A DNA stretch of 64,000 bases from Clostridia bacterium (GTDB taxonomy: Bacteria; Bacillota; Clostridia; Christensenellales; Borkfalkiaceae), in NCBI GenBank assembly GCA_017463105.1, contig JAFTPU010000013.1:25769-89768 (forward strand), read 5' to 3'. The position numbers and the translations under genes were made by a program. The notes below the pieces were generated by a model, which worked only from the letters and a program-made list of their open reading frames with translations, ran no database searches and was not told the origin of the DNA. Shown here one piece after another: positions 54,781-64,000 of the stretch. Numbering within the stretch: position 1 is the stretch's first letter; each line of letters opens with the position of its first letter.

Positions 54781-57700
54781 ATGGGATTGATTAAATATTT
54801 GATGAGCGGCGACGGACGACGGGCTTTGAAAAAACTGAACAAGATGGCGGATACGGTCGAGGCGCTCGAGCCGAAATATCAGGCTATGGACGACGATACG
54901 CTGAAAGGTCAGACGGACGTTTTCAAGGACCGCTTGAAAAACGGCGAAACGCTCGACGATATTCTTTACGACGCGTTCGCGGCGCTCCGCGAAGCGGCGA
55001 AGCGCGTTTTGGGTATGCGCCACTTCCGCGTACAGATCATCGGCGGTATCTGTCTGCATCAGGGCAGAATCGCGGAAATGCGTACGGGCGAAGGTAAAAC
55101 GCTCGTTTCCACGCTGCCCGCGTATCTCAACGCATTGACGGGCAAAAGCGTGCATATCGTTACGGTAAACGATTACCTCGCAAAGCGCGACGCGGAATGG
55201 ATGGGAAAGGTCCACAAGTTTATGGGACTCACCGTCGGCGTGGTCGTGCCCGGCATGGAGGACGACGCGAAACGCGAAGCGTACAAGTGCGATATCGTTT
55301 ACGGCACAAACAACGAATTCGGCTTCGATTATCTGCGCGACAATCTCAAGACCGATCTGAAAAAAATGGTACAGCGCGACCTTACGTTTGCGATCGTCGA
55401 CGAAGTCGACTCGATCCTCATCGACGAGGCGAGGACGCCGCTTATCATTTCGGGCAAGGGCGAAAAGTCCTCCGATCTGTACGTGCAGGTGGATAAGCTC
55501 GTGCGTACTCTTTCGGGCGGCTTCGACGACGAACTCAAAGAGGCGGAGGATGCGGCTTTGGCGGCGCTCCGTGCGGATAAGAAGAACAAGAAAAAGAAGA
55601 AACAGGTCTCGGACGACGAGGACGACGAGGAGTTTGTCGATTATACGAAGATGACCCTCGAGGAACAGGCGAATTACGAAGCGGAACAGGCGGAGAAACG
55701 CGCGGCGGCGCTCGAAGCGGCACCCGAGGGTAAGAAATCGCTTGCGGCGGCGAAGGATTGGGATTATATCATCAACCGCAAGGATAAGACGGTCGAGCTC
55801 ACCGACAGCGGCGCGAGAAAGGCGGAGAAATTCTTCCGTATCGACAATATCGCGGAGATCGAACACGCCGACCTCAACCACCATATCCAACAGGCGCTCA
55901 AGGCGCATAAGCTGTTCAAGCTGGACGAGGATTATATCGTAAACGACGGCGAGGTCGTGATCGTAGACGAATTCACGGGCAGACTTATGATCGGGCGCAG
56001 ATATTCGGACGGTCTGCATCAGGCGATCGAGGCGAAAGAAGGGGTCGAGGTGCGCAGTGAAAACAAGACGTACGCGACGGTTACCTTCCAAAATTATTTC
56101 CGTCTGTATTCGAAGCTGTCGGGTATGACGGGCACGGCGAAAACGGAAGAGGCGGAGTTCAGAACGATCTATTCGCTCGACGTTGTCGAGATCCCCACCA
56201 ACCGTCCCGTAAAGCGCGTCGATCTGCCCGATATGGTCTATTCCACGCAGGAAGGCAAGAAACGCGCGATCATCAACGAGATCATCGAACGCCACGAAAG
56301 CGGGCAACCCATTCTCGTGGGTACGTCGTCCGTCGATAAATCGGAGGAGATTTCCCGTCTTTTGAGAAAGAACGGGATCAAGCACAATATCCTCAACGCC
56401 AAGAACCACGAACGCGAAGCGGAGATCGTCGCGCAAGCGGGACGGCTCAACGCCGTTACCATTTCCACCAACATGGCGGGGCGCGGTACCGATATCCTGC
56501 TCGGCGGCAATCCCGAGTATCTGGCGAAAAAGCGTTTGCGCGAAGAGGGCGCGGCGCACGAGGATATCGAGCTTGCCATCAGCTTGTATATCACGGACGT
56601 AAACGACGACATCAAGGCGCTCAGAGAAAGATATAAAAAAGTTTACGAGTATTATAAAAAGGAAACGGACGCGGAAAAGGAAAAGGTCATCGAAGCGGGC
56701 GGTCTTTGCATCATCGGTACCGAACGCCACGAATCCCGCCGTATCGACAATCAGCTTCGCGGCCGTGCGGGTCGTCAGGGCGATATCGGTATGTCCGTGT
56801 TCTACCTTTCTTTGGAGGACGATCTCGTGCTCCGTTTCGGCGGCGAAAGAATGAAATCGCTTTATGCACTCTTCAAGATCGACGAGGATACCTGTCTGCA
56901 ATCGAAAATGCTTTCGCACGGTATCGAAAACGCACAGCGCACGATCGAGGGCAGAAACTTCGGTATCCGTAAGAACGTATTGCAGTACGACGACGTCATG
57001 AACAAACAGCGTATGGTCATGTACGAAGAACGTATGAACGTGCTTCGCGGCGGCGACGTGCACGAACAGGTGCTCAAATATATTCCCGATTACGTCGCGG
57101 AAACGCTGTCGTCGGCGGTGAACGTAGAGGATATGCCCGAGCTTTGGAACGAGGCGGAACTTAACGCCGCGCTCGAAGCGAAGGTGCTGCCCGAGGGCAC
57201 GAATTACGTGACCCGCGAGCGGTTGATGAAATGGGATTACGAGACCGCGCTTCGGAAGATCTCGAACAAGGTCGTAAAGGAATACGAAAAGAAGATCGAA
57301 GAGCTGAAAGAACAGGGCGTCGATTTCTCGTCGGTGGAACGCCGCGTGCTCCTTATGAACGTAGACAGAAATTGGATCGATCACATCGACGCGATGGATC
57401 AGCTCCGCAAGGGTATCAGCTTGCGCGCGTACGGGCAGGTCGACCCCATCATTTCGTACAAGAAGGAAGGCTTCGACATGTTCGACGAAATGGTGGCGCG
57501 TATCCAGCGCACCACGATTAGCGTATTGCTTAAGGTGAAGGTCGAGATCCGTCCCGCGCCCGTTGCGGCGAACGCGCCCGTTCGTCCGGCTTCGTCTGCG
57601 CAACCCGCGCAACCCGCGCAGAACGCGCCCGCGCAACCGACGAGGGCCTTCCGTCGTCAGATGCCCGCGCCTATTACGCAGATGAGCTCGTATAAAGAGG

Positions 57701-57789
57701 CGGTGAAGCGCGTGCAGGAAGCACAGGCACGGGCACAGGAGCAGACGCAATCGGAAAACGATACGGCGGAAAATGCGGAAAATAAGTAA
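54781..57789 (+). CDS. secA: preprotein translocase ATPase SecA
   Basis: 1002 aa with MRTGEGKT (Walker A), DEVDSILIDEARTPLIISG and TNMAGRGTDI. The C-terminal tail is atypical and lacks the Cys-rich zinc motif. Confidence 0.95.
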   Translation: MGLIKYLMSGDGRRALKKLNKMADTVEALEPKYQAMDDDTLKGQTDVFKDRLKNGETLDDILYDAFAALREAAKRVLGMRHFRVQIIGGICLHQGRIAEMRTGEGKTLVSTLPAYLNALTGKSVHIVTVNDYLAKRDAEWMGKVHKFMGLTVGVVVPGMEDDAKREAYKCDIVYGTNNEFGFDYLRDNLKTDLKKMVQRDLTFAIVDEVDSILIDEARTPLIISGKGEKSSDLYVQVDKLVRTLSGGFDDELKEAEDAALAALRADKKNKKKKKQVSDDEDDEEFVDYTKMTLEEQANYEAEQAEKRAAALEAAPEGKKSLAAAKDWDYIINRKDKTVELTDSGARKAEKFFRIDNIAEIEHADLNHHIQQALKAHKLFKLDEDYIVNDGEVVIVDEFTGRLMIGRRYSDGLHQAIEAKEGVEVRSENKTYATVTFQNYFRLYSKLSGMTGTAKTEEAEFRTIYSLDVVEIPTNRPVKRVDLPDMVYSTQEGKKRAIINEIIERHESGQPILVGTSSVDKSEEISRLLRKNGIKHNILNAKNHEREAEIVAQAGRLNAVTISTNMAGRGTDILLGGNPEYLAKKRLREEGAAHEDIELAISLYITDVNDDIKALRERYKKVYEYYKKETDAEKEKVIEAGGLCIIGTERHESRRIDNQLRGRAGRQGDIGMSVFYLSLEDDLVLRFGGERMKSLYALFKIDEDTCLQSKMLSHGIENAQRTIEGRNFGIRKNVLQYDDVMNKQRMVMYEERMNVLRGGDVHEQVLKYIPDYVAETLSSAVNVEDMPELWNEAELNAALEAKVLPEGTNYVTRERLMKWDYETALRKISNKVVKEYEKKIEELKEQGVDFSSVERRVLLMNVDRNWIDHIDAMDQLRKGISLRAYGQVDPIISYKKEGFDMFDEMVARIQRTTISVLLKVKVEIRPAPVAANAPVRPASSAQPAQPAQNAPAQPTRAFRRQMPAPITQMSSYKEAVKRVQEAQARAQEQTQSENDTAENAENK

Positions 57790-57804
57790 GAATCAAGGAA
57801 GAAT

Positions 57805-58902
57805 ATGTTTAAAGCAGACGATTACAGATTGAAAATTCAAGGCATGCGCGAGGTGTTGAACGAAGCGGGTTACGCGCTCGATATCGAGCATTTGCGTCCC
57901 CGCCTTGCGGAGCTGGAGAAGGAACAGGAGAATCCCGAGATCTGGCAGGACCTCGAAAAATCCACGAAGATCGGCAGAGAGGTCTCCTCTTTGAAGAACA
58001 AGATCGCGGCGTACGAAAAGGGCGAAACGGCGTTGTCCGACGCGGAGGACGTCATCGATCTCATCGAGGAAACGGAGGATGAAAGCCTGATCGCCGAGCT
58101 GGACGAAATGCTTGCGACGGCGGAAAAGGACATCGAGGATATGCGTATCCGCGCGATTTTGAAAGGTCCGTACGACAACCATAACGCCATGCTTGCGTTG
58201 CATGCGGGCGCGGGCGGTACGGAGGCTTGCGATTGGTGCCAGATGCTGTACCGTATGTATTGCCGTTATTGCGAAAAAATGGGATTCAAGGTGTACGAGC
58301 TCGACCGCGAAGCGGGCGACGGCGCAGGGTTCAAAAGCGTCGATTTCCGCGTGGAGGGCGAGAATGCGTACGGGTATTTAAAGGCGGAGATGGGCGTGCA
58401 CCGTTTGGTGCGTATTTCCCCGTTCGACGCGAATAAACGCCGTCAGACCTCGTTTTGTTCCCTCGAGGTCATGCCCGAAGTCGAGGACGACAACGAAGTG
58501 GAGATCAACGACGACGATATCCGTATCGATATCTACCACTCGGGCGGCGCGGGCGGTCAGAACGTAAATAAGGTCGCCTCCGCCGTGCGTATCACGCACT
58601 TCCCGACGGGGATCGTGGTGCAATGCCAAAACGAGCGTTCGCAGCTTCAAAACAAAGCGATGTGCTTTAATATGCTCCGTTCGAAGCTTCTCGAAAAGAA
58701 GATCGAACAGCGTCAGGCGGAAGCCGCGGCGATGAAGGGCGACGTGAAGAAGATCGAGTGGGGCGCGCAGATCCGTTCGTACGTGTTCTGTCCGTACACG
58801 TTGGCGAAGGATCACCGCACGGGCTTTGAAAAGGGCGATATTCAAGCGGTCATGGACGGCGATATTCACGGGTTTGTGATCGACTATCTGAAAAAATCCT
58901 GA
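57805..58902 (+). CDS. prfB: peptide chain release factor 2 (single uninterrupted ORF)
   Basis: It has the SPF tripeptide (RISPFDA) and GGQ (SGGAGGQNVNK). The 365-aa ORF has no internal in-frame UGA. Confidence 0.93.
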   Translation: MFKADDYRLKIQGMREVLNEAGYALDIEHLRPRLAELEKEQENPEIWQDLEKSTKIGREVSSLKNKIAAYEKGETALSDAEDVIDLIEETEDESLIAELDEMLATAEKDIEDMRIRAILKGPYDNHNAMLALHAGAGGTEACDWCQMLYRMYCRYCEKMGFKVYELDREAGDGAGFKSVDFRVEGENAYGYLKAEMGVHRLVRISPFDANKRRQTSFCSLEVMPEVEDDNEVEINDDDIRIDIYHSGGAGGQNVNKVASAVRITHFPTGIVVQCQNERSQLQNKAMCFNMLRSKLLEKKIEQRQAEAAAMKGDVKKIEWGAQIRSYVFCPYTLAKDHRTGFEKGDIQAVMDGDIHGFVIDYLKKS

Positions 58903-58948
58903 TAAAACGGGCGGCGGTTGCCGCTCTTTTTGACCTTTTGGAGTAAAA

Positions 58949-60004
58949 ATGGACGTTTTATTGAAAAAGGAAAACCCGATCATTTTGGGGATAGAAAGCT
59001 CGTGCGACGAAACGGCGGCGGCGGTGATCTGCGGAAGAAAAATTCTCTCCGACGAGATCGCTTCGTCGGCGGATATCCAATCGCTTTACGGCGGCGTAGT
59101 GCCCGAGATCGCTTCCCGCGCGCATACCGACGCGGTGGCGAAGGTCGTGGAAAAAGCCGTCAAAAATGCGGGGATCGTGTACGACGATATCGACGCGGTG
59201 GCGGTCACGTACGGCGCGGGCTTGCTCGGCGCGCTCCTTGTCGGCGTGTCGTTTGCCAAAGCGTTTGCGTACGCTTTGAATAAACCGCTGATTGCGGTCA
59301 ACCATATTCGCGGACACCTCGCGGCGTCCTATCTTTGCGACACGACGTTAAAACCGCCTTTCGTCACGTTGCTTGCGAGCGGCGGGCATACCGCCGTCCT
59401 GCACACGAAGTCGGAAGCGGAATTCGAGATCCTCGGCGCGACGCTCGACGACGCCGTGGGCGAAGCGTTCGACAAGGTGGCGCGGGTGCTGGGCTTGAAA
59501 TATCCGGGCGGACCGAATATCGAGCGGTGCGCGGCGGGCGGTAAGGCGAACGTGCCCATGCCGAAAATGCTGAAAGGCGGCGGAGGCTACAATTTCTCGT
59601 ACAGCGGTTTGAAAACGGCGGTCATCAATTATTGTCACACGAAAGAACAAAAGGGCGAGAGTTACGAAAAAGCGGACGTGGCGGCGTCCTTCCAATGCGC
59701 AGCGATCGACGTGCTCGTGGAAAAGACGGTGGCGGCGGCGATGGAAAAGGGCGTCGATACCGTTACGGCGGGCGGCGGCGTAGCGGCGAACGGATATCTG
59801 CGCGCTTCTCTGCAAAAGGCGTGTGCGAAAAACGGGTTAAAGCTCGTTTTGCCCGAAAAACGGTATTGTACGGACAATGCGGCGATGATCGCGGCGGAGG
59901 GCTTGGTGCAGTATCGGCTGGGTAATTTTGCCGATATGACGTTGAACGCAAAGGCTTCGATCCCGCTTGCGGCTACGTTCAAAACGGTACAAAATCAAAA
60001 ATAA
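58949..60004 (+). CDS. tsaD: tRNA N6-adenosine threonylcarbamoyltransferase
   Basis: GIESSCDETA N-terminus with the Kae1/TsaD pattern throughout. Confidence 0.95.
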   Translation: MDVLLKKENPIILGIESSCDETAAAVICGRKILSDEIASSADIQSLYGGVVPEIASRAHTDAVAKVVEKAVKNAGIVYDDIDAVAVTYGAGLLGALLVGVSFAKAFAYALNKPLIAVNHIRGHLAASYLCDTTLKPPFVTLLASGGHTAVLHTKSEAEFEILGATLDDAVGEAFDKVARVLGLKYPGGPNIERCAAGGKANVPMPKMLKGGGGYNFSYSGLKTAVINYCHTKEQKGESYEKADVAASFQCAAIDVLVEKTVAAAMEKGVDTVTAGGGVAANGYLRASLQKACAKNGLKLVLPEKRYCTDNAAMIAAEGLVQYRLGNFADMTLNAKASIPLAATFKTVQNQK

Positions 60005-60013
60005 GGTAAACGA

Positions 60014-60955
60014 ATGGAACATTTTTTGGAATGGCTGGAACACGCAGTGGTAGACACGCTTCCCATGTTGCCGTGGATATTCGTCATGTACGTGATCATT
60101 CAGCTCCTCGAAAACAAAACGGCGCTTAAAAACGCCGATCGCTTCGGCGGCAAGCTCGGTCCCGTGATCGGTTCGGCGACGGGGCTTATCCCCCAATGCG
60201 GATTTTCCGTAATGGCGGCGAAGTTTTACGAAAAGAAATATATTACGCTCGGCACGCTTTTGGCGATCTTTTTCTCCACCAGCGACGAGGCGTTCATACT
60301 TCTGCTTTCTTCGGGCGAGGGCGCGCTTTGGGTGTTGCCCACGCTGATCGTGAAGGTCGGTCTGGGTACCGCCGTGGGCTACGGCGTCGATCTTGCGTTA
60401 AAGCTGCTCGGGCGCAAACAGGTGCGGCTCGAAATGCCCAAAGAGGAAGAGGGCGAACCTGCCACTACGCACGACATATTCCTGCAACGGTACCTCGAGG
60501 AGAAAGAGGTAGACGTCGTTTGCGCGTGCGGTAAGGCGCACGGCACGGACAGCGCATGGAAAAAATACCTTTTGTATCCGCTTTTGCACACCTTGCAAGT
60601 GGCGGCGTTTATCTTCCTCGTCAATTTCGCCTTGACGGCGATCATTCATTCGGTGGGCGAGGATACGTTCTCTGCGTTCATGCACCGCAACCGCTTTTTA
60701 CAGCCGTTCATCACCTGCGCCATCGGACTTATCCCCAATTGCGCGTCGAGCGTGGTGATCACGGAAACGTTTTTAAGCGGCGGGATCACGTTCGGCTCGT
60801 TCGTGGCGGGACTTTGCGCCAACGCGGGCATGGGCTTCGTCGTGCTTTTGAAAAACGTGCGGATGTGGAAACGCAATCTCGCGTTGATCGGGGTCTCGTA
60901 CGGACTTTCCGTTATCGTGGGGCTTTTATTCAACCTGTTTCCGCTGACGGTGTAA
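60014..60955 (+). CDS. polytopic membrane protein, ArsP_2 / putative 10-TM metal-exporter-like family
   Basis: 313 aa and multi-TM, with an IPQCGFSV motif and a second half containing IPNCASSV. I assigned the family from memory of that motif only. Confidence 0.5.
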   Translation: MEHFLEWLEHAVVDTLPMLPWIFVMYVIIQLLENKTALKNADRFGGKLGPVIGSATGLIPQCGFSVMAAKFYEKKYITLGTLLAIFFSTSDEAFILLLSSGEGALWVLPTLIVKVGLGTAVGYGVDLALKLLGRKQVRLEMPKEEEGEPATTHDIFLQRYLEEKEVDVVCACGKAHGTDSAWKKYLLYPLLHTLQVAAFIFLVNFALTAIIHSVGEDTFSAFMHRNRFLQPFITCAIGLIPNCASSVVITETFLSGGITFGSFVAGLCANAGMGFVVLLKNVRMWKRNLALIGVSYGLSVIVGLLFNLFPLTV

Positions 60956-61029
60956 AAAATTGCGGAAAAGCGTTTGAAAGAAATCGGATCTGCGTTATAA
61001 ATATATAGAAACTTTTTGGAGAAATAGCC

Positions 61030-61338
61030 ATGGAAGAAGTAAAAATCAACGGCGTAACGGACGGCGCTTTGCATATCGCGCTTTCGGGGGACATCGATCT
61101 CGGCAACGCGGAAGCGTTTTATCAGGCGGTGTCTGCGGCGTACAAAACGGAACCCGCGGATATTCTTTTCGATTGCGCCGCGCTCGATTTTATAGACAGC
61201 ACTACGCTCGGCACGTTCGTCAAGATCCTCAAAACGGTAAAACAGGACGGGCATACGATGAAGCTTGTCGGTCTGCAACCTAAAATCAAGAAACTGTTTT
61301 TGATTTGTTCCTTAGATAGTATAATGGACATCGCGTAA
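61030..61338 (+). CDS. STAS-domain anti-sigma-factor antagonist (SpoIIAA/RsbV-like)
   Basis: 102 aa with the phosphorylatable-Ser region LDFIDSTTLG. Confidence 0.85.
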   Translation: MEEVKINGVTDGALHIALSGDIDLGNAEAFYQAVSAAYKTEPADILFDCAALDFIDSTTLGTFVKILKTVKQDGHTMKLVGLQPKIKKLFLICSLDSIMDIA

Positions 61339-61488
61339 AACGCGGATATACGTCGCAATACCGCGTTGCGCTTGCGTTTTTTGCTCGTTTACGCAAAGTA
61401 AACGTCCCCGCGAAAAGCCTCGCGCGCCTTGTCTTGTCCGTATTTGCGCGTTTTCGGCGTATTGGTTGGTGTATTGGAGAAAAAAATT

Positions 61489-61845
61489 ATGGAACATTTT
61501 TCTGTGTCCTTGCCCCTGACGGGCGAATATCTCACGACGGTACGGCTCACGACGGGCGGGCTTTGCGCGCTCGTCGGATTTGACGTCGATCTTGCGGAGG
61601 ATTATAAAGTCTGCGTAACGGAGAGCTTGCTTATTTTAAAACGAAACGGATATCTCCGTGCGGACATTTGCTTTACGGTAGGCGAAACGCTCGCTTGCAC
61701 CGTTTGCGGCGTGGACAAAAACGGAACAAAGGAAGGCGAATTGGAGGACGAAATTTCCCGCGCATTGCTTTCCGCTTTGCTTGGTAAAGTGGATTTCGTA
61801 CAGGGAAAAGACGGCGACGTGGAGAAGATCGAGTTCGAAGGCTGA
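61489..61845 (+). CDS. hypothetical protein resembling a degenerate SpoIIAB/RsbW-type HATPase domain
   Basis: 118 aa from MEHFSVSLPL... Its pattern is similar to anti-sigma kinases (L.L.....YL..VRL...G......D.D...DYK..V.ES), but it lacks the N-box Asn/His and the GxG G1 box. The start was chosen after GGAG. Confidence 0.5.
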   Translation: MEHFSVSLPLTGEYLTTVRLTTGGLCALVGFDVDLAEDYKVCVTESLLILKRNGYLRADICFTVGETLACTVCGVDKNGTKEGELEDEISRALLSALLGKVDFVQGKDGDVEKIEFEG

Positions 61846-61849
61846 GAAA

Positions 61850-62584
61850 ATGTCGGAAAATATCAACGAGCTGTTTGAGCGTTACAAAGAGACGGGCGAT
61901 ATCTCCCTTCGGAACGAGATCGCCGAAAAATATCTCTACATAGCGGACATTCTCGCCAAAAAATTCGTCGGGCGAGGCGTGGAGTACGACGACCTGAAAC
62001 AGGTCGCTTCGTACGCGCTTTTACGTGGCATCGACCGCTTCGACCCGTCGCTCGGTATGCAGTTTACCACCTTTATCACGCCGACGATCACGGGCGAGAT
62101 CAAAAACTATTTCCGCGATAAATCCCGCCTTGTCAAGCTGCCCAGACGGCTTGGCGAAGTGAGCGCGGCAGTGAAGAAATTTTCCGCCGACTACGAAGCG
62201 AAAAACGGGGTGAAGCCGAGTGTGAAAACGATCGCGGACGAGCTTTCCGTATCGGAGGAGGACGTGATACGCGCCCTCGAAGTGGGAAACGCACTGTCGC
62301 TCGACAGTATGGCGACGAACGCGGACGGCGAAACGGATAAATCGTTGTATTCTCTGCTTGCGAACGGGGAGGATGCTTACGATACGTTCGAAACGAAGGA
62401 GAGTCTGTTTGCGGCTATGCGCGATTTTACGGACACGGAAAAGGCGCTTTTGAAGTTCCGTTATACGGACGAGCTTTCGCAAAGCGAAACGGCAAAAAGG
62501 CTGGGCGTTTCGCAGATGTTCGTTTCGCGTATGGAAAGAAAGCTGCTCATGCGGCTTAAAGAACGTCTCAAGGATTCTATTTAA
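61850..62584 (+). CDS. SigB/SigF/SigG-family RNA polymerase sigma factor
   Basis: 244 aa with region 2 (DDLKQVASYALLRGIDRFDP, FTTFITPTITGEIKNYFRD) and a region 4 HTH (SQSETAKRLGVSQMFVSRMERK). Confidence 0.9.
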   Translation: MSENINELFERYKETGDISLRNEIAEKYLYIADILAKKFVGRGVEYDDLKQVASYALLRGIDRFDPSLGMQFTTFITPTITGEIKNYFRDKSRLVKLPRRLGEVSAAVKKFSADYEAKNGVKPSVKTIADELSVSEEDVIRALEVGNALSLDSMATNADGETDKSLYSLLANGEDAYDTFETKESLFAAMRDFTDTEKALLKFRYTDELSQSETAKRLGVSQMFVSRMERKLLMRLKERLKDSI

Positions 62585-62602
62585 AAGGTAAGGAGGAACG
62601 GC

Positions 62603-62959
62603 ATGGATTTCGAGGTCAACGATCGGAAAACGATGCAAGCGGCGATCGCCGCGCTTTGCCGTTTTCTCGACGAGGGCGGATTGTCCGCGGATCGCATTTT
62701 CGACAGTAGGTTGGTGGCGAGCGAATTACTCGGCAACGTATTCAAACATTCGGACGGGATCGCCCGTTTGCAGGGCGAGATACGCGACGGCTTCGTGGAG
62801 ATTGCGGTGTGGTCGTCGGCGGCGTTCGTGCCGCCCGAGCTCAGTCGCTGCTCGGACGTGTACGCCGAACACGGCAGGGGGTTGTACCTCGTCGACCGTA
62901 TCTGCGAGGAACGCACCGCCACGGACGAGGGCGAGATCGTCGTGCGGATACGTATATAA
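62603..62959 (+). CDS. anti-sigma factor serine kinase (HATPase_c_2, SpoIIAB/RsbW-like, short)
   Basis: N-box ASELLGNVFKH and G1 box EHGRGLYLV. It is 118 aa and lies downstream of the sigma gene. Confidence 0.75.
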   Translation: MDFEVNDRKTMQAAIAALCRFLDEGGLSADRIFDSRLVASELLGNVFKHSDGIARLQGEIRDGFVEIAVWSSAAFVPPELSRCSDVYAEHGRGLYLVDRICEERTATDEGEIVVRIRI

Positions 62960-63018
62960 TACAAGGAAGCAAAAAAGAACCGACGCAAGGTCGGTTCTTT
63001 TCCTATATTCGGGAGGTT

Positions 63019-63990
63019 TTACATTTTGATCGCGAACTGATAGATCTTCGCAAGCAAGCTGTCGGGGATACGGTCTCTGTACTGACCGAGATAAATGAAC
63101 AGCTTACGGAAGAATTCCTTGTTGTCGCCGCCGACTTGATAATCGGGGATCTCGGGCATCGTTCCTTTGAATTTCAAAATGAACAGCTCGGTGAACTGAT
63201 TTCTTTCTTCGTTATTCAAAATCGCGATGAACGGATCGAAGCTCTTGCAGTTGTAGAAATCGTAACCCGCCGTTTGTACCTGTGCAGGGGGCGCGGTGAA
63301 GGTGGGCGTGACCTCTTTCGCGATCTCTACGCCGTCTACGGGACCGCCCTCGTAGGGGAGCGCTTCCGCAAACTCTTCGCGGACGAACTCTTCTTCTGCG
63401 GGCGTTTCTTCCACGGGTGCTTCTTCTACGACCGCTTTATTGGAAACCTTGCCCTGTACGATCGCAAGGATAAGCTGTACGAGCGAAGCCGCCGCAACGA
63501 CGATCGCGAGGATCAGGAACAGCTTGCCCTCCGCTTTGCTTGCAATGGCAAGATAGCAGACCGCCGCGCCGATCACGAGCATGATCACGTAACGTACGAT
63601 GTCGAACGCCACGCCGCCCGTTTGAATGCTGACGATCGCAAACAGGAGGTTGAGAACGGCAACGGCAAACAGAACGAGCGTTACGATATTTGCCGCCGAA
63701 CCGAGCTTGAGTGATTCGAGACCTGCGTTGAAGCCTGCGTTCTCTTTGACGAGCACGAGGATGAGCGCCGCCACGACCGCGAGGGAAAGGATAAACTGAA
63801 CGAAATTCACCCAACCTTTTTTACCGAGCTTCGCAACGCCGAGGATAAGGCAAAGAATCATGCCCACTGCCGTAAGCGCTACGGGGATAAGGTCGAGTAC
63901 GATGCCCTTCGCCGCATAATTGACGGCAAGCGTCGTCACGGTGTACACGGCAAAGCCGAGCGTGAAGAAACACAGAACCGTACGGAGCAT
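63019..63990 (-). CDS. hypothetical multi-TM membrane protein with acidic linker and C-terminal soluble domain
   Basis: 323 aa with ~6 hydrophobic helices, then EEAPVEETPAEEEF, then a ~110-aa domain of unknown family. The frame stays open up to the window edge, so the true start may lie outside. Confidence 0.6.
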   Translation of the reverse strand: MLRTVLCFFTLGFAVYTVTTLAVNYAAKGIVLDLIPVALTAVGMILCLILGVAKLGKKGWVNFVQFILSLAVVAALILVLVKENAGFNAGLESLKLGSAANIVTLVLFAVAVLNLLFAIVSIQTGGVAFDIVRYVIMLVIGAAVCYLAIASKAEGKLFLILAIVVAAASLVQLILAIVQGKVSNKAVVEEAPVEETPAEEEFVREEFAEALPYEGGPVDGVEIAKEVTPTFTAPPAQVQTAGYDFYNCKSFDPFIAILNNEERNQFTELFILKFKGTMPEIPDYQVGGDNKEFFRKLFIYLGQYRDRIPDSLLAKIYQFAIKM

Positions 63991-64000
63991 ACAGGGCGCT

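Noticed and set aside
57860-57900. A programmed +1 frameshift site in prfB.
   Set aside because: No CUU-UGA-C or any in-frame stop is present. The ORF is continuous.

Overview
This window looks like a chromosomal segment from a Gram-positive, Clostridia-like anaerobe. That guess rests on gene order only: rpmB / asp23-DAK2-recG, degV, and a SpoIIAA-type partner-switching sigma module. The sequence looks moderately GC-rich by eye; I did not compute a value.

Most of the window is densely packed housekeeping and biosynthetic genes:
- recG, minD and a minE-like gene, trmO
- a metF / MetH-activation-domain / metH operon
- a complete argG-argH-argC-argJ-argB-argD-argF cluster
- several transporters, a panE-like gene, an ABC-F ATPase
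- metK, asnA, secA, prfB, tsaD
- a STAS / sigma / anti-sigma module

Two things are not ordinary.

1. Three intergenic gaps inside the met and arg operons (11956-12211, 16077-16247, 19824-19945) carry copies of one multi-hairpin element. Each is a string of 5-8 bp perfect hairpins joined by conserved linkers. The copies show compensatory stem substitutions. I cannot assign the element to any named RNA or repeat family, and it is my best candidate for something undescribed.

2. Positions ~32.4-47.7 kb form an accessory region next to a tRNA-Ser(UGA) integration hotspot.
- A host tRNA-Ser is split at its anticodon loop by a decayed integrative element. The element carries an integrase C-terminal fragment, a vWA fragment, subterminal 9-mer repeats and its own intact tRNA-Ser.
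- A 13.7-kb carbohydrate/aromatic-catabolism island follows, bracketed by a 116/117-bp direct repeat.
- The island has recombination and deletion scars at both ends.

No rRNA, CRISPR array or recognisable riboswitch was seen. All calls come from reading the ORF translations and the DNA by eye. Coordinates of small hand-counted features may be off by 1-2 nt.
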